Shown here in pieces: positions 1 to 9,568 of a stretch of 64,000 nucleotides of DNA. Position 1 is the stretch's first letter, and every line of letters starts with the position of its first letter. The DNA comes from a bacterium. Lineage in GTDB: Bacteria; Patescibacteriota; Minisyncoccia; JAUYLV01. A program made the translations under genes and the position numbers. Below the pieces are notes generated by a model, which had not been told where the DNA came from, searched no databases, and was given only the letters and a program-made list of their open reading frames with translations. The stretch covers positions 9,745-73,744 of the forward strand of contig JAUSGO010000031.1 in the NCBI GenBank assembly GCA_030649025.1. The letters run 5' to 3'.

Positions 1-548
1 TTCGAAAGCGCTGTGTTGCTTTTCCGCGTCTTTGTCACCTTGCCATCGGCACCGGGAATAATCTCGTCGTACTCATAGCGGACGGCAAGGGGCGGCACAG
101 CATAGGCGCCAAGCGGAAGGTTTCCCAGAAGTCGCAGGACAACGGTGAACTCTTGCGCCGTCACTCCTTCCGCACCGGGAAGCGTTATGCGATTTCCCAC
201 TGCGATTGAGACTACCGAGAAAGGCGCTAGGTCCTGACCGGCATCAACTTCGACGCGAACGCCGGCAAGAGATCTTACAACATAATGGAATTTCACGGGC
301 TCGTCTCCGACAAACACTTCCCGCTCCGCCAAAACACTAACAAGCACGGGTGGCCGACGGGGCGGCGCGGTCTTTCCTTCCTCGGGAGAAGGCTTGGGCA
401 CCGGAGCCTCCGCAGCTGCGGGAGGTTGAGCGGATTGTCCAAATTCGTTGGAAAATCCACCATCTTGAGCCGTTGCATAACCCTGAAAAAGGCAACCGAA
501 GAGCAGCACAAACGGCGCAAAACGGAACTTTCTTGACAAGTATTTCAT
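1..548 (-). CDS. Partial secreted hypothetical protein. It starts at ATG 548 and the 3' end runs off the window edge.
   Basis: Manual translation of the minus strand from 548 gives MKYLSRKFRFAPFVLLFGCLFQGYATAQDGG... with no stop before position 1. The N-terminus has a signal peptide. It is co-oriented with the DUF58 and MoxR genes. Confidence 0.45.
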   Translation of the reverse strand, partial: MKYLSRKFRFAPFVLLFGCLFQGYATAQDGGFSNEFGQSAQPPAAAEAPVPKPSPEEGKTAPPRRPPVLVSVLAEREVFVGDEPVKFHYVVRSLAGVRVEVDAGQDLAPFSVVSIAVGNRITLPGAEGVTAQEFTVVLRLLGNLPLGAYAVPPLAVRYEYDEIIPGADGKVTKTRKSNTALS

Positions 549-802
549 GATCCACCTCTCTAAAAGCGTATTGAGTTTTAAAATAACTTACAGAATCGTA
601 CTTTGTAGCGTACCGAAGAGATTGGGGAAAGTCAAACTCCTATATTAAGGGAGCCCATATGTGGAACGGATAACCGGATCAATAAAGAATAGCGAGGTAT
701 TGCCTAACAAATAATGACATCCTCCCCGGACTCTAAGGCCCAGATTCATGTGAGGTCCCCCGGTAAAAAGAAAAAGCCATGGGACGTACCCATGGCTTCA
801 TG

Positions 803-1639
803 TTAAATCTCTTCCCGCCGAGTTTCAAAAAAATCGGAGAGTTTTTCGTAGTGCTCCACGTCGGACTCCGATGTCCGGAGCAGGCAGGCGTCTATGCCAA
901 CGCGCTCAAGACCTGGCAGAGGATCGTAATCGCCGACTGACGATGCCCAGGATGTTGCTCCCGTTTCCGCATCGCGCAGCATGACCCCCCCTGCAAACGG
1001 CGGCAGCGATTCTTCGAGCGGATCACGCAGCGCCACTGCGATGACATCGCAGGCATCGGCAAGCATCTCCAGGTCTGTCGTATCCGTATTCGGAAAAAGA
1101 AAGTCCGATACGATACAAATAAGATCTGCGGGATCTTGCGGACGCATCGCGACGTCCCATGCGCGATTGAGGGCAGAAGAGGGGTCGGTCTTCTTTTCGG
1201 TAAGCGCGAGAACTTCGATCTGGGCAATAACGCTTTCGAGGGCATGCATGCTACGGATGGGATGGGACTCGAATTCGACGCGAGTCGTAAAAGCGAAAAC
1301 AACAATAGTGAAGTTTCTCGCGAGACATGCGGTTGCAAGACCGCGCATGACATCGAGCGATGCGGCGTGTTTCAAGCGCGCAGAGCCAAGAAATTCTGAG
1401 GCGGAAACATCCACAAGAAAAAGTACGAGGGCGTTCCGGTCGGGATGTTTTTCGACAACGACCATTTGTCCCGTCCGAAGATAGTCGCGGACGCTCAAGG
1501 CACGAGGCGGGTCATCGGGTGAGAACTCGCGCATACCCTGAGGCTCAAAGCCATCCTCATCCACAAGAGAACTTGCGAGACAATCCCCTTCACGCTGGCG
1601 GACGCGCTTTTTGATGATTAGGGGAAGGTTTTCCCACAT
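803..1639 (-). CDS. DUF58 / vWA-like protein, partner of MoxR.
   Basis: The FLVDVSASE motif is typical of the DUF58 family. It sits immediately downstream of MoxR with a 2-nt gap. Confidence 0.7.
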   Translation of the reverse strand: MWENLPLIIKKRVRQREGDCLASSLVDEDGFEPQGMREFSPDDPPRALSVRDYLRTGQMVVVEKHPDRNALVLFLVDVSASEFLGSARLKHAASLDVMRGLATACLARNFTIVVFAFTTRVEFESHPIRSMHALESVIAQIEVLALTEKKTDPSSALNRAWDVAMRPQDPADLICIVSDFLFPNTDTTDLEMLADACDVIAVALRDPLEESLPPFAGGVMLRDAETGATSWASSVGDYDPLPGLERVGIDACLLRTSESDVEHYEKLSDFFETRREEI

Positions 1640-1641
1640 GG

Positions 1642-2703
1642 CTACACCCCCTTCCCGCCTATCGGAACACTGCGCAACACTTCCTCGATGACCTGATTGT
1701 TCGAAGTGATTCCATATTTTCTGGAGAGCCGGGGATCGCGAGAGAATTTGAAACGCAGTACGGGCCGCGCTAATGCCCGGATATCGCCAAATTCGATGCG
1801 GTCGCGTCCGTTCAGGAATGCGCGCGCAGCGGCTGCACGCAGCATGTCTTCACCGGCGCGGATGCCGGGCGCCCATCCTTCGGCGCCGGTCTTGGGACTG
1901 CGAACAACGGCGTGATTGAAGATGGCATCAATAATGCTATCGCTGTAGCGCACAATGACATCATCGTGATCGTGGCTCCGCACGTACTGGTCGAAAACAG
2001 CATTTCCCACTTCAACGAAATCCTTGACGTCGAAGACGAGTTGTACGTCATTCATGAGCTCCTCGGCGTTGTGCACATCGACACGGCACCGAAGCTCCGG
2101 AGAAGGGTACGGAACGAGTATGTTGAGCATAAACCGCTCCATAAGCGCTTCGGGAAGCTGATTCGTGGACTGGGAAGATTCGACACGATTCTGTGTTGCG
2201 GCGCACACATAAAACTCGCCGAGACTCACCGTCTCGTTCTCGAAAGTGATCTGCTGTTCTTCCAGAACTTCCAGAAATACCGAGCAGGTCTTGGGAGCCA
2301 GCCGGTTGATCTCGTCCGCAAGCAAGAATTGCGTAAAAAGCGCGCCGCGGCCAAGGCGCATGTCCTGCAGTTTTCCGCCGCCGTCCTTGTCCCCAAACCC
2401 GGCCAATCTGTAGAGTATCTCCGCGGGCTTAAGGTCCGGCGTACACTGAATGCGGCTTCTTTGTGCGTTAATAGTCCGCCCAACGGCATTTGCGAGAAGG
2501 GTTTTCCCTACGCCCGGGTCGCCTTCCAAAATCACATGTCCCTTTGCAAGGATACCAATGTATAAAAGCTCAACCTGCTCGTCCAGGGCAATAACGGGTT
2601 TGTGCACTTCTTTGAGGGCACGCCCATATTTCTCAAGGAACGCTCGCCCCATGTCATTATGGGGAAGCTTGTCTTTCCCGAGTAATTCGGTATCTTTGTC
2701 CAT
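1642..2703 (-). CDS. MoxR-family AAA+ ATPase.
   Basis: Walker A GDPGVGKT, plus the conserved MoxR N-terminal and C-terminal regions. Confidence 0.9.
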   Translation of the reverse strand: MDKDTELLGKDKLPHNDMGRAFLEKYGRALKEVHKPVIALDEQVELLYIGILAKGHVILEGDPGVGKTLLANAVGRTINAQRSRIQCTPDLKPAEILYRLAGFGDKDGGGKLQDMRLGRGALFTQFLLADEINRLAPKTCSVFLEVLEEQQITFENETVSLGEFYVCAATQNRVESSQSTNQLPEALMERFMLNILVPYPSPELRCRVDVHNAEELMNDVQLVFDVKDFVEVGNAVFDQYVRSHDHDDVIVRYSDSIIDAIFNHAVVRSPKTGAEGWAPGIRAGEDMLRAAAARAFLNGRDRIEFGDIRALARPVLRFKFSRDPRLSRKYGITSNNQVIEEVLRSVPIGGKGV

Positions 2704-2784
2704 TTTTCTGCCTGCCTCTCTAAAAAAATTGAATGTATGTCAAGGAACCCTGTACTTCTTGAGTACATGTTATAGTATAAAATA

Positions 2785-4158
2785 ATGTTCCCGTTGTCAA
2801 AATATAACATCCCGATTAAACTGCTTCTGAAAAATTTTTCCGCGGCCCCAAAAAATACCGGGGTTTATTTCTTTTTGTCCCGCGCAGGAAAAGCCCTTTA
2901 CATCGGCAAGGCTATCGATATTAGAACGCGTCTTCGGTCACACTTTGCAAATGCGGATACGGCTAATCCTGCCAAGGCAAAGCTTCTTAAAGAAACGTGC
3001 GCGGTCCGGTGGGAGCTGTGCGATTCGGAGCCGGAAGCGCTCATTCGCGAGGCCGAACTCATTAAAAAACTGAAACCCAGATTCAATATCCTCCTGCGGG
3101 ACGACAAAAACTATTTTTTTGTCGCTATTACCAAAGAGCCTTTCCCAAAAGTATTTTTGACACACCAGCCTTCCACGCCCTTAAAATCCATAAGTTACGG
3201 ACAAGAAGCCAAATACATCGGGCCTTTTACGGACGGGGGCTCACTCAAACAGACATTAAAACATCTGCGGAAAATTTTTCCTTACTGTATCTGCAAAACA
3301 CCGCATAGACGGCCCTGCCTTGCTGCCCTTCTTGGAAGATGCGCCGGCGCCTGTTGCCTTAAAGAGGCAAGGTTAAAATTAAAAAACTACGGAGAAATTA
3401 AGCGCCGATACCGGCAGGGAATCTTATCGCTCGCGGAAACTCTTGGCGGAAAACGTTATGCGCTAGGCGCCAGGCTTTTGCGCGAAATGAAAATTTCTGC
3501 CCGAAAAAATGAATTTGAAAAAGCAGCGCTCCTGCGCGATCAACTTCGGGCGCTTGAGACAGTTTTTAGACATCGTGCAGTCGTGGCAAACCGGGACATC
3601 AAAGAGGAGCGCGAAAAGGCCTTGAGTCACCTGCAAAAGTTATTAGATCTGCCAAAAGCGCCGCGCCGCATTGAGATGTACGATATGTCGAATATCCAGG
3701 GAACATGGGCTGTCGGATCCATGGTTGTATTCACCGATGGCTTGCCCGACAAAAGCCAATACCGCAAGTTCCGCATAAAAACTGTTCGCGGCATCGACGA
3801 TACGGCCATGATGCAAGAAGTCATCTGGCGCCGCCTGCGGCACAATGAATGGCCGATAGCCGATATACTTGCGGTGGACGGAGGAAAAGGACAAATGAGC
3901 GCAACGCTTACAGCGTTGTACAATACCCAATATCCAATACCCAATATCCAATACATGCCAATCCTAGGATTGGCAAAGGGAAAGGACGAATTACATTACA
4001 TGACATTTGAGGCTAAAAGCTATGAGCTAAAAGCTATAAGCTCTATGCCCCGCTCCCGCCTCCCCCGCCCGCTCCGGCATCTTCTGAACCATCTTCAAGC
4101 CGAAGCGCACCGATTCGCAATTACCTACCATCGGAAATTACGATCTTCCGGAACTTAG
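2785..4158 (+). CDS. uvrC: Excinuclease ABC subunit C (UvrC), C-terminally short and lacking the (HhH)2 domain.
   Basis: N-terminal GIY-YIG motif (GVYFF...YIGKA). RNase H-like endonuclease region (MYDMSNIQG, DGGKGQ, EAHRFAITYHRK). The ORF ends about 150 aa earlier than a typical UvrC. Confidence 0.8.
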   Translation: MFPLSKYNIPIKLLLKNFSAAPKNTGVYFFLSRAGKALYIGKAIDIRTRLRSHFANADTANPAKAKLLKETCAVRWELCDSEPEALIREAELIKKLKPRFNILLRDDKNYFFVAITKEPFPKVFLTHQPSTPLKSISYGQEAKYIGPFTDGGSLKQTLKHLRKIFPYCICKTPHRRPCLAALLGRCAGACCLKEARLKLKNYGEIKRRYRQGILSLAETLGGKRYALGARLLREMKISARKNEFEKAALLRDQLRALETVFRHRAVVANRDIKEEREKALSHLQKLLDLPKAPRRIEMYDMSNIQGTWAVGSMVVFTDGLPDKSQYRKFRIKTVRGIDDTAMMQEVIWRRLRHNEWPIADILAVDGGKGQMSATLTALYNTQYPIPNIQYMPILGLAKGKDELHYMTFEAKSYELKAISSMPRSRLPRPLRHLLNHLQAEAHRFAITYHRKLRSSGT

Positions 4159-4175
4159 ACATGCGTCACAGAAAC

Positions 4176-4202
4176 AGAGAAAATTAAATCCCGCGTAACT
4201 GG
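4176..4202. terminator. Bidirectional rho-independent terminator between uvrC (+) and rplU (-).
   Basis: Perfect 10-bp stem AAATCCCGCG/CGCGGGATTT with an A/T-rich tract on each side. Confidence 0.55.
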
Positions 4203-4210
4203 CGCGGGAT

Positions 4211-4540
4211 TTATGATGTGATGCTTTCTATTTCAACTTCGGTAAACGACTGGCGATGACCGATACGTCTGCGATAGCGTTTCTTGGGCTTGTATTTAAG
4301 CATTTTTATTTTTCGTGCTCTGCCTTCCCCAACAATAACTTTCGCCGCAACGCGCGCCGATGGCAGATAGGGTTTCCCGACCGTAACGCTTTCGCCGTTT
4401 GCGTTGCCAATCAAAAGCACCTCTCCAAAGTAAAAATTTTCTCCGGTGTTTTTCCCCAGTTTCTCCACTTTTAGCCGTTTTCCCGGAGAAACAATGTATT
4501 GTTTCCCTCCGGTTTTTATAATTGCCAGCTTGTCGGACAT
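4211..4540 (-). CDS. rplU: 50S ribosomal protein L21.
   Basis: IIKTGGKQY... signature over the full length. No rpmA follows. Confidence 0.9.
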   Translation of the reverse strand: MSDKLAIIKTGGKQYIVSPGKRLKVEKLGKNTGENFYFGEVLLIGNANGESVTVGKPYLPSARVAAKVIVGEGRARKIKMLKYKPKKRYRRRIGHRQSFTEVEIESITS

Positions 4541-4608
4541 AGATGTTCTTTTACGCTAACTCAACGCCTTGAACGTAGTGTATCCTGTCGGAACCAAAAA
4601 GACAAGCC

Positions 4609-5895
4609 CTATGCAGGAGGAAGCTTCAACTCTTTCTCGATGTCTCCCGCAAGCTCCAAAATGCTATCGGCATAGAAAGCGAAGGCGGGATTATCCCAAT
4701 TTTCTCCGGCAAAATATATAAGCGCGGCCTTGCGCTCTGTAGCCTCGGTTTTTTCGCTTGCTCCGGCCTGGGCAAGTTTTAAAGCCGTTCCGGCAAACGC
4801 ATCATCAATATTCCATGGGGAAGGCAGCGCGTGACCTGTCAATTCTTTGATACCGTCTTCGTACCCAAGCCAGGTAAGAGGAAGGAACTGAGCCGGTCCC
4901 ATCGCGCCTCCCCATCCATAGGAAGGTTTTTTGGATACCGGGACCGTATCGGGATTAAGTCCGAGCTTCTGCACGATGATAAGAAATCCGGGCCATTGGG
5001 ATGGCTCCATGTCATCTTTCCAGTTCCCGGAGCCCTGTGAGGCGCCAAAACGTGATTCCTGCGCGACAAGCGCCAGCAAGAATGCCGGCCGTATGTTAAC
5101 TCGGCGCGTGAGAGTCTCGGCATGCGCATATGCCTCGGCCAAAGAAAGTTCCCTTCCTACCCCTTCTCGATCGAAAAACTCCTGCTGTAAAGAAACTGAC
5201 GCCAGCTCCGCCCGACGTAACAGATCCTGATAAAGCACCCCTCGTTTTTGCGTATACGCGCCGATTGCCTTTTTCCGGATGTCTTCCTGAAAAAGGGCGG
5301 ATTCCTGGCGAAGCTCGAGTTCATGCAAAAGAATAAGTTCGTGGCTCTGTTTTTGCAGGCTTCTTTTTTGACGATCGAGATTTCGCTGTTCTTCCCGGAT
5401 AAGCCCCACGCTTTCCCGAACCGCACGGTGCACAAGTTCGGTACTATGCACAGTATCGAAAAAACTCGAAAAGTTCGAAGCGGAAAGCACGAGATGTACC
5501 CGGCGTTTTTGCGACGTATCGATATCCCGTAGGAGCTCGGCGAGCATGCCGCGCTCCCTGGCGATGCGCTTCATGTATTCGGAGATCTTTCGATCAATAT
5601 CCGCGGAACGCTGGCCTGTATCGGCTATAGAAAATTGCGTAAGGGATTTTTCGAGCGAGAGTTTTTTCTTGCGAGTCTCAATAAGCAAGACGGCATCCTG
5701 AAGGGACCTCACCTCTTGAGAACTTTCTTCGATACGGGTTTTATAGCCCTGGATCTGCGAGCGAAGTTCAAAAAGAGAATCATGAAGCGTCTGGTCGGCA
5801 TATGCGTCTCGACACAATAAAAAAACGCATACAATGATGCATCCTGAAGCACAAATTCGAAGAGAGTCCCTGTAAAAATTTGAAAGTAGTAGCAT
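4609..5895 (-). CDS. Secreted coiled-coil protein with a C-terminal MltB-like lytic transglycosylase domain.
   Basis: N-terminal signal or anchor, a long coiled coil, then LLALVAQESRFG and GAMGPAQFLPLTW motifs. Confidence 0.55.
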   Translation of the reverse strand: MLLLSNFYRDSLRICASGCIIVCVFLLCRDAYADQTLHDSLFELRSQIQGYKTRIEESSQEVRSLQDAVLLIETRKKKLSLEKSLTQFSIADTGQRSADIDRKISEYMKRIARERGMLAELLRDIDTSQKRRVHLVLSASNFSSFFDTVHSTELVHRAVRESVGLIREEQRNLDRQKRSLQKQSHELILLHELELRQESALFQEDIRKKAIGAYTQKRGVLYQDLLRRAELASVSLQQEFFDREGVGRELSLAEAYAHAETLTRRVNIRPAFLLALVAQESRFGASQGSGNWKDDMEPSQWPGFLIIVQKLGLNPDTVPVSKKPSYGWGGAMGPAQFLPLTWLGYEDGIKELTGHALPSPWNIDDAFAGTALKLAQAGASEKTEATERKAALIYFAGENWDNPAFAFYADSILELAGDIEKELKLPPA

Positions 5896-5918
5896 TTAGA
5901 GACTACCCAAGAAGTCTC

Positions 5919-6641
5919 TTAGGCCTTAGCCTGCTTTCCGGCAGACGGAGATTTTAAATTTTCTTCTTTTTGGACAGCTTCTTCTTTCTTCTTATTACGC
6001 TCTTCCTCGCCAACCACCTTTATCTGACTAATCGCGGCCTGTTCCTCGGGAGCCTCACTAAGCTTCTCAAGCTCGCTTTCGGTGCGGGGCTCTTCGACAA
6101 GCGCAATAACCACATCCAAATTCGCCTCCACGGAAACTCCTTTGGGAAGTTTTATATCTTTGACGCGGACCATGTCATGGAATTTCTTAAGAAGCGAGAT
6201 ATCTACTTCCAGTTCTCTCGGCAAGTCCTGCGGAAGACATTCTACCTCTATATCCTGCATCGCGCGCACAAGCATGCCGCCTTCGTTCTTTACCGCAGAA
6301 GACTCTCCCACATACACCAGCGGGACTTTTGCCTTCAGCTTCTCGTCCATGCGCACTTCATAAAAATCAATATGCAAAAAACGATTCGTAAGCGCGTGAC
6401 GCGTCATATCGTGCACCAGCACCTTCCGAATATCGTCCTGGCCGATCTGGAGTGAAACAAGGGAGCTTACACCCGCTTCTTTATATACCTTCAAAAAATC
6501 CTTCTCCCCAACTAAAATAGGCACGGCGCCCTTATGTTTTCCACCGTAAAGTACCGCGGGAATAAAACCATCCTTGCGGTATCTTTTTACTTTTTTACCA
6601 AGAACGGTTCTTGGTTTTCCGACAAGTTTATGCGTCTGCAT
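5919..6641 (-). CDS. rplY: 50S ribosomal protein L25 / general stress protein Ctc.
   Basis: L25/Ctc N-terminal domain followed by an acidic, Lys-rich C-terminal tail. Confidence 0.85.
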   Translation of the reverse strand: MQTHKLVGKPRTVLGKKVKRYRKDGFIPAVLYGGKHKGAVPILVGEKDFLKVYKEAGVSSLVSLQIGQDDIRKVLVHDMTRHALTNRFLHIDFYEVRMDEKLKAKVPLVYVGESSAVKNEGGMLVRAMQDIEVECLPQDLPRELEVDISLLKKFHDMVRVKDIKLPKGVSVEANLDVVIALVEEPRTESELEKLSEAPEEQAAISQIKVVGEEERNKKKEEAVQKEENLKSPSAGKQAKA

Positions 6642-7017
6642 AGTTTAGTGATTTACTGGTGCCGTGCCCGCTCTGTAGCACGCCTTCCTCTGCCGTCCGC
6701 GACACGCGCTTTTCTAAAAATACGTGGACGTTGAGCACATCATCGGAAGTGATTTCCGAGGCATTCCAAAAACGTTCGATGTCGGCTCTTGCCAGATCCG
6801 AGAGCATGCCCATGGTCGTCACCATTCCCAGCATCCCGGAAAGGATCGTGAGGATCGCCGAACTGCGGCACCGGGAACATTCGGCATGCACTACCGTAAA
6901 ACGCTCGCCCTTTCGCAACATCTCGATACAACCCGAATCGTAGCCAAGACCGCACATCGGGCAGTGTCCAAAAACATGATGCTGGTGTTTTTTATGTCTC
7001 ATGTGCGTACTCAACAA
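6628..7017 (-). CDS. Cys/His-rich zinc-finger membrane protein with a ZAS-like HxxxCxxC motif.
   Basis: HCPMCG and HAECSRC motifs followed by a hydrophobic segment. No ECF sigma factor is adjacent. Confidence 0.3.
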   Translation of the reverse strand: MLSTHMRHKKHQHHVFGHCPMCGLGYDSGCIEMLRKGERFTVVHAECSRCRSSAILTILSGMLGMVTTMGMLSDLARADIERFWNASEITSDDVLNVHVFLEKRVSRTAEEGVLQSGHGTSKSLNYADA

Positions 7018-7071
7018 TCACTTAAGATACTACCGGCTCCTCAAAACGTCAACCCCCGCCCCATCTTATCT

Positions 7072-8034
7072 TTACGGGATAAGATTCGGGGGCGTGCGGC
7101 CTTCAAAAACTGCAATAATATTCTCGGCGGCAAGGCGTGCCATGGCTGACCTGGTCTCATGCGTTGCTGAAGCGGTGTGCGGCGTCAAAACCACGTTCGG
7201 AAGCTCCGCAAGTCCGGATGCAAGGGAGGGCTCATTCTCAAACACATCCAGGGCCGCGCCTCTGATCCATTCTTCTTTGAGAGCCCGTACCAATACCGCC
7301 TCATCCACAATAGGTCCCCGAGACGTATTGATGAGATAGGAGGATTTTTTCATTCCCCGCAATTCCTTTTCCCCAAAAAGATGGCGCGTGGTTTCGAGCA
7401 AAGGCACGTGAATACTCACGAAATCCGCTTCGCGCAGAAGCTCGGGAAGAGCGCGATACTGTGCCGAAAATTCCTTTTCAAATTCACTATTCGGCTTCAC
7501 GTCGTGATAGAGCACCTTCATGCCGAATCCTTTCACCGCTTTCTGGGCGAGCGCGCTTCCGATCCGTCCAAGTCCAACGATGCCCAAGGTCTTGCCGTGC
7601 ACTTCGCTCCCCAGTAGCAACATGGGCGCCCATCCGATATATTTTCCCGCACGAGTGAACGCGTCACTTTCTGGAATGCGGCGCGCTATGGCCATAAGAA
7701 GCGCAAAGGCGTGTTCCGCGACGGCTTCGGTGAGCACTCCCGGGGTATTAGTGACTGCGATGTGGCGTTCCTTAGCCGCAGCGATATCTATGTTGTCGAA
7801 TCCCACCGCGTAATTCGCGATGATTTTAAGCTGGACGCCAATGCTATCCATAACCTCCGCATTGATCTTGTCGGTTAAAAGCGAGATAAGCCCGTCGCAT
7901 CCTTTTGCGCTCTCTAAAATTTCTTCTTTTGTAAGAACCCGATCGTAAGGATTTACCGAAACGTCAAATCCCTTCTCTTTTAGTAAAGAGAGGGCGGGCT
8001 CGGGAATTCCACGAGTGATAAAGACTTTTGCCAT
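7072..8034 (-). CDS. D-isomer-specific 2-hydroxyacid dehydrogenase (glyoxylate/hydroxypyruvate reductase-like).
   Basis: NAD-binding GIVGLGRIG motif and catalytic-domain conservation. Confidence 0.85.
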   Translation of the reverse strand: MAKVFITRGIPEPALSLLKEKGFDVSVNPYDRVLTKEEILESAKGCDGLISLLTDKINAEVMDSIGVQLKIIANYAVGFDNIDIAAAKERHIAVTNTPGVLTEAVAEHAFALLMAIARRIPESDAFTRAGKYIGWAPMLLLGSEVHGKTLGIVGLGRIGSALAQKAVKGFGMKVLYHDVKPNSEFEKEFSAQYRALPELLREADFVSIHVPLLETTRHLFGEKELRGMKKSSYLINTSRGPIVDEAVLVRALKEEWIRGAALDVFENEPSLASGLAELPNVVLTPHTASATHETRSAMARLAAENIIAVFEGRTPPNLIP

Positions 8035-8035
8035 G

Positions 8036-8260
8036 TTAATTAGAACCGGAACGGGGAAAATCCCGCGAACGTTTAATTTCTATTGCTCCGAGAGTATTTT
8101 CATCAATGACCCTAAGCGTATCAAGCCAATACGTGATGGTCGTAACTAAAAACACAACCACGACCATGGCAATAACTCCCCAATAGAGCATGCCTCCGCG
8201 GTAGCTTTCGCCTCCTATGACAATGCTGGTAGCCGCCGATTTTTGTTCCGTCATGACCAT
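8036..8260 (-). CDS. Small single-TM protein.
   Basis: ORF packed tightly within the operon, with a hydrophobic core. Confidence 0.3.
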   Translation of the reverse strand: MVMTEQKSAATSIVIGGESYRGGMLYWGVIAMVVVVFLVTTITYWLDTLRVIDENTLGAIEIKRSRDFPRSGSN

Positions 8261-8279
8261 ACGCTTTGCGTGTTAAAAA

Positions 8280-9539
8280 TCACAAAGAAATGACTTGGCC
8301 TTCAAAATGCTCTATGAGCAATTTTTCCAACACCTCCTCGCCACCCATGTATTCCATAAATATCTTATTCCACAAGGCCTCTTGCTGGTGATAGAGGTAT
8401 TTTATCATGTGTTTTTCCATAACAAGCGCCATGATGTTGTCCAGGAGGTCGAAACTGATAAGGCGTTCCGACCCATCTTGCTCGCTTTTGAAGATATCCC
8501 CCACAAAATCAAGGTTATACCAGAACCCCACGTTCGTAAACGCAAAACGGTCGTTAAGCCGCGCAATGTCCCGTTCGGTCCTCCTCCAATGGAGCGCTTC
8601 GGGATTGACATGCGGGGTAAAAAGAAGCGGATGCCGTTCGTCTTCTTTCGCAAGATACCGCTGTACGATGAGCCAACGCGCTCCTTCGCCCAGAGCCTGG
8701 TCGGGTCTGGGTACGTCTCCCCGGAAAAGCGAGATGAGGCGCAGGGCAAAATCCGGACGTTGCGCATAGCGACGCATGAGCTTGGCATAAAAACTTACCT
8801 CGTGCAGATAATGGTTCAAAAGGCCATAGAGGCGGAGCGTCTCTCCCGGCGTATCTATGCGGTCTGGTATCACGAAGATAACACCAAGCTCTTTCAGGTG
8901 GCTCACGTTATGATATTTCTTTTTTTGGAATTTTTTTGCAATTTCAAGCCACTTGCCCCCAAGCACCGTCATGACAATGGGCCGCTCTTCAAAATCAGCG
9001 GGTGTCAACGCTTCATAGGCTTTGAAAAATACCGTATTGAGCCATTCCGAGCCTTCCACAATGCGCAGCGCGGCAAATACTTCATAAAAGTTCTCTTTGG
9101 CCAGAAGTTCCTGAACCGAAGCGTAGCCTAGCGCTGAAAGGATTTTCTGGGGAGGATATTGATAGAGAAATTCTTTTGCTTTTTTTTCCTTGAGAAAAAA
9201 CCCCTTCGGCGGGTACACAAATTCATACGCGAAGTTAAAAAGCGAGTGCAGTCCTTCAAGCGTTGTGCCATCCGGCTTGCGAAAAAGCTCGTAGAGTTCC
9301 GCGTCCGATTGGCGGAGCGCATCCAGCAACACTCCGTATGCCTGTTCGGCTGACGCGTTTTTATGCAGGCCGAACATATTGCGGATCAACAGCACGCGCT
9401 TCGCGTTCTCCGCGGCGATATTTTCAATGACCGTCGTCTTTCCGGTCGCCTTGGCCATTTTTGCTTCCAACGCATAAAGATCCCCGATGGGGATGCGCAG
9501 GATGGCCGCTATTTTATTGAACGATTCTTCCCGTTCCAT
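8280..9539 (-). CDS. Conserved hypothetical protein of unknown family.
   Basis: 419-aa ORF in a compact operon with the PfkB kinase. I recognise no family from the sequence. Confidence 0.5.
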   Translation of the reverse strand: MEREESFNKIAAILRIPIGDLYALEAKMAKATGKTTVIENIAAENAKRVLLIRNMFGLHKNASAEQAYGVLLDALRQSDAELYELFRKPDGTTLEGLHSLFNFAYEFVYPPKGFFLKEKKAKEFLYQYPPQKILSALGYASVQELLAKENFYEVFAALRIVEGSEWLNTVFFKAYEALTPADFEERPIVMTVLGGKWLEIAKKFQKKKYHNVSHLKELGVIFVIPDRIDTPGETLRLYGLLNHYLHEVSFYAKLMRRYAQRPDFALRLISLFRGDVPRPDQALGEGARWLIVQRYLAKEDERHPLLFTPHVNPEALHWRRTERDIARLNDRFAFTNVGFWYNLDFVGDIFKSEQDGSERLISFDLLDNIMALVMEKHMIKYLYHQQEALWNKIFMEYMGGEEVLEKLLIEHFEGQVISL

Positions 9540-9568
9540 ATCCGCAAAGTTTAATCCGCTTTGCCAAT

